Positions 57,649-64,000 of a stretch of 64,000 nt of DNA are shown here, piece after piece; position 1 is the stretch's first letter; every line of letters begins with the position of its first letter. A program made the position numbers and the translations under genes. This DNA comes from Alphaproteobacteria bacterium (lineage in GTDB: Bacteria; Pseudomonadota; Alphaproteobacteria; SP197), in the NCBI GenBank assembly GCA_965228895.1, contig OZ245842.1, forward strand, positions 4,608,001-4,672,000, given 5' to 3'. Under the pieces are notes generated by a model. It had not been told where the DNA came from, did no database searches, and was given only the letters and a program-made list of their open reading frames with translations.

Positions 57649-59154
57649 TCAAGTGGTTTTGAATCGGTCGACCTGATCGCGCGAACGTTGGGCGAGTTTC
57701 GAAAGCTCGATCATGGTTGCGGTAATCTCTTCTGCCGCGGTCGCGTTGCCTTGGCCGATCTCGCGCAGCGATCCGACATTGACCTCAATGCGTGCGACTG
57801 CCGCGCGCTGCTCTTCAACGGCGGTCGCAACGGATCTGACCATGGCATCGGACTCAGACACCCGCTCGGCAATCTGGTCCATGGAGTGTCCCATGGTCTC
57901 GGCCGATTCGACGCTGCGCGCGGCATCCGCCTCGGCCTGTTTGGCAAGCGCCAGGATTTCCTGTGCCGATTCCGCGGCATCCTCGGCAAGCTGTCCAACC
58001 TGTTGCGCGACGACCGCGAAACCCTTGCCCTGATCGCCAGCACGCGCGGCCTCGATCGAAGCATTCAGCGACAGCATATGGGTCTCATTGGCGATCCGCG
58101 TGATCGCGTCAGAAATCCTGTTGATGCGTTTGCTATCCTCGGCAATGCCCCGCGATGTCCGCAGCATGGCTTCCATGCGCTGGCCGCCGTCCTCGACCAG
58201 GCGCGCGGCTGCGGCGGCCTGTTGGGAGGCCTCGCGCGTTGTCTGCGCCGCCTCGGTGATCGATAAGCTGGTCTGCTGCATGGCGTCGACAATCTGGTTC
58301 AAGTCGTCGATTTGCGTCTGAGCGCCTTCGGCGACCTGGCCGATGGCGTTGCTGGCCTGGGTCGCGCCACCGGCGACCTGTGTGGTGTTTTGCGACAGTT
58401 CGCGCAAGGCGGCCTGCGTCTGCTCCATCAGCGTGTTGAACGACGCCGATGCCTTGCCGATCTCGTCATCGCGCTCGTAGACATGGCGGCGCGTGAAGTC
58501 GAGCTCGTCGGCGACTTCTTCGAGCAGCCGGCTTAGTTCGCTGACTGGCCTGACGATATGGCTGCGTACCAAAATGCCGGCGAAGACGGTCAGCAGCAGG
58601 ATACTAACCACCGGACCGATGACGATCGGCAGCCTGGCATCCTGCAACAGCATCAACGTCGTTTCACGATCGGCGAAGACCCGTTCGGAAATATCGTCGG
58701 CCAACGTCTTGATCGCGCCCAGCGCATTGTTCAGCTCAACCGACTGCGCCTGGCCGATCTCCTGGGTTTCGGGATTGGCAATATAGTTCCTGAGTTCGTA
58801 GATCGATGTCAAAAGCTCGTTGTGGCCGGCCTGGATCCATTCCTGATCGGTCAAAACTTCCAGGGAGGCGCTGATTTCGGTCGTAAGCGCGGCCATTTCG
58901 CCACGCGCCTGCAACCGTGTCGCGCTATCGACACCCTGCCGCGCGCGCTGTTCCTGAAGCGACAACTCCAAAAGGTCGCCCTTCAGGTCCTGGATCAAAA
59001 TGATGTCTTCAAAGTAATCGTTGGTCAGCCGGTCGATCCTGAGCTCGACCTCGCGCAGTTGGACGATAGCGTTGGTGACCAAAGCCAAAGCCAGCAGCAC
59101 TGCCAAGAAGAGCAACGCGTAGAGCTTGGTACTGATCGACATCGAACGAAACAT
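57649..59154 (-). CDS. Methyl-accepting chemotaxis protein (2 TM, 4HB-like sensor, HAMP)
   Basis: Tip motif LSLNASIEAARAGDQGKGFAVVA; HAMP RDDEIG; two TM helices. Confidence 0.92.
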   Translation of the reverse strand: MFRSMSISTKLYALLFLAVLLALALVTNAIVQLREVELRIDRLTNDYFEDIILIQDLKGDLLELSLQEQRARQGVDSATRLQARGEMAALTTEISASLEVLTDQEWIQAGHNELLTSIYELRNYIANPETQEIGQAQSVELNNALGAIKTLADDISERVFADRETTLMLLQDARLPIVIGPVVSILLLTVFAGILVRSHIVRPVSELSRLLEEVADELDFTRRHVYERDDEIGKASASFNTLMEQTQAALRELSQNTTQVAGGATQASNAIGQVAEGAQTQIDDLNQIVDAMQQTSLSITEAAQTTREASQQAAAAARLVEDGGQRMEAMLRTSRGIAEDSKRINRISDAITRIANETHMLSLNASIEAARAGDQGKGFAVVAQQVGQLAEDAAESAQEILALAKQAEADAARSVESAETMGHSMDQIAERVSESDAMVRSVATAVEEQRAAVARIEVNVGSLREIGQGNATAAEEITATMIELSKLAQRSRDQVDRFKTT

Positions 59155-59347
59155 GGCAACCACCCCTTCGTCACGGCACAAGCGCCGTGACCATCCCCCT
59201 GCAGCGGTGTCTTTATCTCATAAGAGCGCGCTATAGTTAAAGCCGACCATAACCCATCGGTTGTGGCGTCAAAGGTCTGCCGCCCAGAAATCGGGCGCTA
59301 TATGATCGCCGTCACATACCCAAACGCCCAGAACGAGGACGTCAACA

Positions 59348-60484
59348 ATGCTGACCAAAAACCAGGTCCGGCAACTATATCGCGAAACCGACAAAGCTCG
59401 GGGCTTGCCGGGATTCGTTTACACGTCGGAAGATTTTGCCCGCGCGGAGTACGATAGGCTCTTTGCGCGCACCTGGATGTGTGCCGGCTATGCCCATGAG
59501 ATACCGCAACCTGGCGATGTATTACCGCGCGCCGTTGCGGGTGTTCCGGTCCTGTTCACCCATGATCGCGACGGCAACATCGGCTGTTTTCACAACATCT
59601 GCACCCACCGCGGCAGTTTGCTGGTCCCTGAAGCAAAAAGCGGCGCCCAGACACTTCAATGCCGCTATCACTCGTGGACCTTTGACCTGGCCGGCAACCT
59701 GCGCGCAACACCCCATTGGGGCGGCTATAACCAACCGAAGGCCGAGGGCTTCGACCGCAGTTGCCACGGACTCAAACCCGTACGCATGGCGCGCTGGCAC
59801 GATTGGCTTTTCGTCAACCTGGACGGCAACGCACCGCCGTTCGAGGAGTATGCCGCGCCGTTCCTGAAACACGTTCAGGAGTACGATCTCGATCAGGCGG
59901 CCTGGACGACCTGCCTTCCGTTCGACATCAACGGCAATTGGAAGCTGGTCGCCGAGAACTATCTAGAGGTGCTCCATCTGCCCTATGTACACACGGTGCT
60001 GGCCGAAGCCGCGCCGTTCCAAGAACACGACGTGATTACAGAGGGCGCCTGTTTGGGCACCGTCATTGACACCGGCCTGCCGGCAAGCTGGTCCGAGGAC
60101 GATCTGCCGCGTTGGCCGGGCATTGATGCGGATGCGCAGAACGCCAAGAACATGGCGTTGTTCCCCAACTTCAAACTGGTGATCGGCCCAGACCACTGCT
60201 GCAGCATGGTCGAGTTCCCTCAGGGCGCTTCGAAGTCACACCAGCGATGGGATTTCTACTTTGTCGGCGACGGCGGTCATGATGACCGATACAAAGTCGC
60301 CCGCGACGCGATCATCGAGTTCTACCGCAAGACCAATGTCGAGGACTTTGGGGCGGTTGAGGGGGTACATGCCGGCCACATGTCGCCCGCCATGACCGGC
60401 GCGCAATTCTCAGGTGTTTGGGAAGGTGCGGTGCACCACTTTCAGAAACTGGTTGCCGATGCCATGGTTGATGATCGGGATTAG
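59348..60484 (+). CDS. Rieske non-heme iron oxygenase alpha subunit (choline monooxygenase/CntA/GbcA-like group)
   Basis: NICTHRG and CRYHSW Rieske ligands; NWKLVAENYLEVLHLPYVH and ED mononuclear iron site. Confidence 0.88.
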   Translation: MLTKNQVRQLYRETDKARGLPGFVYTSEDFARAEYDRLFARTWMCAGYAHEIPQPGDVLPRAVAGVPVLFTHDRDGNIGCFHNICTHRGSLLVPEAKSGAQTLQCRYHSWTFDLAGNLRATPHWGGYNQPKAEGFDRSCHGLKPVRMARWHDWLFVNLDGNAPPFEEYAAPFLKHVQEYDLDQAAWTTCLPFDINGNWKLVAENYLEVLHLPYVHTVLAEAAPFQEHDVITEGACLGTVIDTGLPASWSEDDLPRWPGIDADAQNAKNMALFPNFKLVIGPDHCCSMVEFPQGASKSHQRWDFYFVGDGGHDDRYKVARDAIIEFYRKTNVEDFGAVEGVHAGHMSPAMTGAQFSGVWEGAVHHFQKLVADAMVDDRD

Positions 60485-60511
60485 CGCATCACTTGCTTAC
60501 GCGAGGCGGTG

Positions 60512-60580
60512 CCGGCCCACTCCCCCGCCCGGCCACCCATGGCAGCATCCTCGGGGTGGCCGGGCGGGGGAGACGGCCGG
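60512..60580. repeat. REP-like palindromic repeat, copy 2
   Basis: Near-identical to 41787-41855 in the same orientation, just after the Rieske stop. Confidence 0.85.
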
Positions 60581-60675
60581 CGATGCCAACGAAACAGTGA
60601 ATACTCTAGCCACCGTCGACAAGCGCGCGCCGCAATGCTAGAGCCGAAGAAACACACAACCGAGGGACCGACGCC

Positions 60676-61557
60676 ATGAACACCGATGTTTTCATTACCT
60701 GTGCCCTGACAGGAGCCGGCGACACGGTGGACAAGAGCGACAAGGTGCCGGTCACGCCCGAGCAGATCGCCAACGACGCCATCGAAGCGGCCAAAGCTGG
60801 CGCCGCGATCGCCCACATCCATGTGCGTGACATCGAGACCGGTCAAGGCAATCGCGACCCCGAACTGTTCCGCGAAACCGTTGCACGCATTCGCGACAGC
60901 GACACCGACGTCATCATCAACCTGACCACCGGCATGGGCGGCGACTTCGTGCCCGATCCCGACGACCCCACGAAGCTGGCCGAAGGTTCCGACATGGCAT
61001 CGGCCGAAGACCGCGTGATCCACATCGAAGAGCTGTTGCCGGAGATCTGCAGCCTGGACGTCGCGACCATGAACTTCACGCACGGCGCCTTCATGAACGT
61101 GCCCCAGGTGCTGCGCGTCATGGCCGACCGCATCAAGGCGGCCGGCGTCAAACCGGAGCTGGAGTGTTTCGACCTTGGCCATGTGCGACTGGCCAACCAG
61201 TTGATCCAGGAGGGCCATATCGCCGAACCGCCGCTGTTCCAGCTGTGCATGGGCGTGCCGTGGGGCGCGCCGTCCGACCCGGAATCGGTCATCGCGATGC
61301 GTAACCTGTTGCCGGAAAACGCCATGTGGTCGGGCTTCGGCATCAGCCGCATGCAAATGCCGATGGCGGCACAGATGGTGATTCTGGGCGGCAATGTGCG
61401 GGTCGGCCTGGAGGACAATCTCTATCTGTCGCGCGGTGTGCTGGCCAGCAACGGTCAGTTGGTCGAACGCGCGGTCGATATCGTGGAGAACTTGGGCGCG
61501 CGTGTTATGTCGCCCGCCGAAACGCGCGAAAAACTAGGCCTGACGCAACAGCATTAG
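60676..61557 (+). CDS. Beta-keto acid cleavage enzyme (BKACE/Kce), 3-dehydrocarnitine cleavage CdhC-like
   Basis: ITCALTGAGDT, VPVTPEQIA, AHIHVRD, NLTTGMGG, KPELECFD, RVGLEDN. Confidence 0.88.
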   Translation: MNTDVFITCALTGAGDTVDKSDKVPVTPEQIANDAIEAAKAGAAIAHIHVRDIETGQGNRDPELFRETVARIRDSDTDVIINLTTGMGGDFVPDPDDPTKLAEGSDMASAEDRVIHIEELLPEICSLDVATMNFTHGAFMNVPQVLRVMADRIKAAGVKPELECFDLGHVRLANQLIQEGHIAEPPLFQLCMGVPWGAPSDPESVIAMRNLLPENAMWSGFGISRMQMPMAAQMVILGGNVRVGLEDNLYLSRGVLASNGQLVERAVDIVENLGARVMSPAETREKLGLTQQH

Positions 61558-61570
61558 GACCGGTTGATCG

Positions 61571-62803
61571 TCACTCCAGCAGCGCGGCTTCATAGGGAAA
61601 CTGCGATAGCCGTTCGTGACCGTCCTGGGTGATGAGCACCTGCTGTTCCAGCTTCACGCCATCACGCTCACCCACCGCGCCGATATAGCTCTCGACACAG
61701 ATCACCATGCCGGGCTCGATCGTGCCATCGTAGACGAAGCTGTCGCGAAAGACCGGTTTGACTTGCGGATACTCGTCACACATGCCGACGCCATGGATCA
61801 CGCAGGCATAGGCGTTCTGCCGGAACTCTTCGGGGACCGGCCAGGCTTGCTCGCGGATCTCGCCCAGCGTGATGCCCGGGCGCATCAGTTTCAGGTTCGT
61901 CTCGACCTCGTCCATCGCCAGCCGGTAAAGCTCTTTCTGGCGTTGCGTCGGCTTGGACGGACCGCAGTGGAAGGTCCGCGAGATATCCGCGAAGTAACCG
62001 TACGGCCCGACCATGTCGGTATCGAAGCCGACGAGGTCGCCGTCCTCGACCTTCCGCGGCGATGCCTCCTGAAGCCACGGATTGATCCGCGGTCCGGAGG
62101 CCAGCATGCGCCCCTCGTGCCAATCGCCGTTGTTGGCGAGGTTGGTGTAGTTCAGCAGCGCCCATAGCTGGACCTCGCTGACACCCGGTCGCAGGGCGTC
62201 CTTCATCTTGGCCGCCCCCAGTTCGGCGACGGCGACGGCCCATTTGATGCAGGCAACTTCGTCGGGCGACTTGATCACGCGCGCCTCCTCGGCGATCGAA
62301 ACGCCGTCGCCGACATCCAGGCCGCGCTGCATCAGCGCCTGGGTGACGCTGGGATTGGTGTATTCGATCATGACGCGGCGGTTGTCGGTGCCGATTTCAC
62401 CCAAGTAGTCGACGACATCGCCGGCCAGCAGCCGCGCTTCATCGGGCAGCTCCTGTGCACCGTCGAAGAACGAGTGGGCCCGACCGGCGCGCGTCTCGTC
62501 GACACCGGGCGGATCGCCGAAACTGTTGTAGATGACGACCGGGCCCTCCTGCGGCACGAACAGGTAGGTCGACGGAATGTGAGACTGGAAGAGCCCGTAG
62601 GTGCGATAATCGACCGCGTAGCGCAGGCTGATCGGGTTGACCAGGATGCACATAGCGGCGTCGTGGCGCTTCAGGGCTTCTCTGATCCGGCCCAGGCGAT
62701 AAGCAAACAAACGGTCGAAATCGATCGCCGGCATATCCCGGTACCGGGAGAGATCGCTCCAGTCGTCATTCGAGACAATCGCGTCGATGGTGTGATCAGA
62801 CAT
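61571..62803 (-). CDS. M24B metallopeptidase-fold protein, DMSP lyase DddP-like
   Basis: LASGPRINPWLQE, FDTDMVG..DISRT, YACVIHGVGMCDEYP, PGMVICVE, KLEQQVLIT match the DddP pattern. Confidence 0.75.
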   Translation of the reverse strand: MSDHTIDAIVSNDDWSDLSRYRDMPAIDFDRLFAYRLGRIREALKRHDAAMCILVNPISLRYAVDYRTYGLFQSHIPSTYLFVPQEGPVVIYNSFGDPPGVDETRAGRAHSFFDGAQELPDEARLLAGDVVDYLGEIGTDNRRVMIEYTNPSVTQALMQRGLDVGDGVSIAEEARVIKSPDEVACIKWAVAVAELGAAKMKDALRPGVSEVQLWALLNYTNLANNGDWHEGRMLASGPRINPWLQEASPRKVEDGDLVGFDTDMVGPYGYFADISRTFHCGPSKPTQRQKELYRLAMDEVETNLKLMRPGITLGEIREQAWPVPEEFRQNAYACVIHGVGMCDEYPQVKPVFRDSFVYDGTIEPGMVICVESYIGAVGERDGVKLEQQVLITQDGHERLSQFPYEAALLE

Positions 62804-62912
62804 GATGACGTCCCGCAGCCATGCATTACCGTCTCGCACAATCACGCCCGAACCAGCGTCGTGTCAAAGCTTTGTCGTCATCGATGTTGGGGACGGCCCT
62901 TAAGGGCGTCGG

Positions 62913-63665
62913 TCAGGATCCCGCTTGATCGGGATCCCAGACAATCTCGCGCGCACCCAGGATCGGCCCCAGCCCTTCGGGCTGCACGATGATGGCACAG
63001 CCGAAGTCATGACCGCCGTCGGCGGCAAGCGCTTCCCACGGCAAGGTGATCGCCATGGCCTCACCGTTCCACATGCCGATCGCCGTCAATTCCTCAACGA
63101 CGTTGGCATGGTAGAGCGTGCGCCCGGCGTTCTCGCCGGACAGCACATCGGTCTCGTCATCCAACAGGTAGCGCACGAACCAGATCGTCGCTTCGCCATC
63201 ATACTCGGCGGCCGGGATGGAGACGGTCAGCGCCTTCTTCTCGGACCAGGTCAACCCGATGTTCAGGTCGACGGTCTTCTCGTTTCTGGCGTCAGTGATC
63301 GCCTCCATCACCTGACCACGCGCCGACCCCACAACATGCTCGGCACCGTTCACCACCATCTGCGGCGTATAGACCATGGGCGAACCAAGCGATCGGGCAT
63401 AGGAACGTTGGCGGTTGGTGAAGTCGCTGGTCGCGAACCGATCACGCCAGCCAAGGTAGTCCCAGTAATCGACGTGAAACGCGAGTGCGAGCACGTCGTC
63501 ATGCTGACGCAGCTCGGCAAGCAGCAAATCCGCCGGCGGGCATGAACTGCAGCCTTCCGACGTAAACAACTCGACGACGACGGGCGAGCTGTCGGCCTTG
63601 GCAACCGCCGGCACGCCGGTCATCAGAACGAGGGCCGACGCAGCGGCCAGAAAAAGCTTTCGCAT
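62913..63665 (-). CDS. DUF1223 thioredoxin-fold exported protein
   Basis: VVVELFTSEGCSSCPPAD, HVDYWDYLGWRD, YTPQMVVNG, GENAGR. Confidence 0.9.
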   Translation of the reverse strand: MRKLFLAAASALVLMTGVPAVAKADSSPVVVELFTSEGCSSCPPADLLLAELRQHDDVLALAFHVDYWDYLGWRDRFATSDFTNRQRSYARSLGSPMVYTPQMVVNGAEHVVGSARGQVMEAITDARNEKTVDLNIGLTWSEKKALTVSIPAAEYDGEATIWFVRYLLDDETDVLSGENAGRTLYHANVVEELTAIGMWNGEAMAITLPWEALAADGGHDFGCAIIVQPEGLGPILGAREIVWDPDQAGS

Positions 63666-63771
63666 GGGCTTGATACTGAGTAGCAGGTCCGTAACCGGCA
63701 ACTCACGTTGTGGTTATGGTGCCGTCTTGAAATCGCTGAGAACGGCAGGATTCTAAGCATAACGCGATGCC

Positions 63772-64000
63772 ATGGGAACGCCGATTGTGATCTATCTCGT
63801 ACGACACGGTCAGACTGTCTGGAACCGGGCGGACCGCCGCCAAGGCCAGCGCGACTCGCCTCTGACAATGCGAGGCATTAACCAGGCAAGAGCCGTAGGA
63901 CACCTGCTGAACGACCTCCTGGGCGAAGCAGTTCTGCCGATCGTCAGCAGCCCGCTGGGCCGGGCATGGCAGACCGCCGTCATCATCGCGGAGGTTCGCG
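63772..64000 (+). CDS. Histidine phosphatase (phosphoglycerate mutase family), truncated by window end
   Basis: MGTPIVIYLVRHGQTVWN..QG..DSPLT..G..QA..SSPLGRAWQTA. Confidence 0.85.
   Translation, partial: MGTPIVIYLVRHGQTVWNRADRRQGQRDSPLTMRGINQARAVGHLLNDLLGEAVLPIVSSPLGRAWQTAVIIAEVR

Noticed and set aside
59236-59253. Possible CtrA box upstream of the MCP gene
   Set aside because: Half-sites are imperfect and the spacing does not fit TTAA-N7-TTAA.
62896-62907. 12-bp perfect palindrome GCCCTTAAGGGC between the DUF1223 and DddP-like genes
   Set aside because: Too short and unsupported to call an operator or terminator.

Overview
GC-rich Alphaproteobacterial chromosome segment, probably Rhodospirillales-like and marine (inferred from gene content and acidic exported proteins). 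It holds about 50 genes. I found no rRNA, tRNA, CRISPR array, integrase or transposase. From left to right: two Sel1-repeat proteins, MeaB GTPase, and an unusual operon of a degenerate PotA-like ABC ATPase, a GT1 glycosyltransferase lacking the catalytic His, and a cupin. Then FAD monooxygenase/thioesterase/MFS, aapJQMP with aapQ broken by a 4-bp duplication, a RIME/MITE-like element, a sigma54-preceded DinB-like gene, oppABC without ATPases, uup, two EamA transporters and recX. Next come an ectoine-hydrolase-like M24 enzyme divergent from a lone hydantoinase A, a complete Rrf2-sufBCDSUTA operon, Slt, GGT and a PuuB-like oxidase, and betI with proVW. A ~13-kb signalling block follows, in which REC-CheC-PAS hybrid kinase converges on MCP-cheR-triple cheW-cheB-REC-cheA. 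The window ends with a Rieske oxygenase, a CdhC-like cleavage enzyme and a DddP-like lyase. The best novelty candidates are the pseudo-ATPase/GT/cupin operon and the non-canonical chemosensory block embedded in a betaine/carnitine/DMSP catabolic neighbourhood. All family calls come from motif recognition by eye; no database searches were run.
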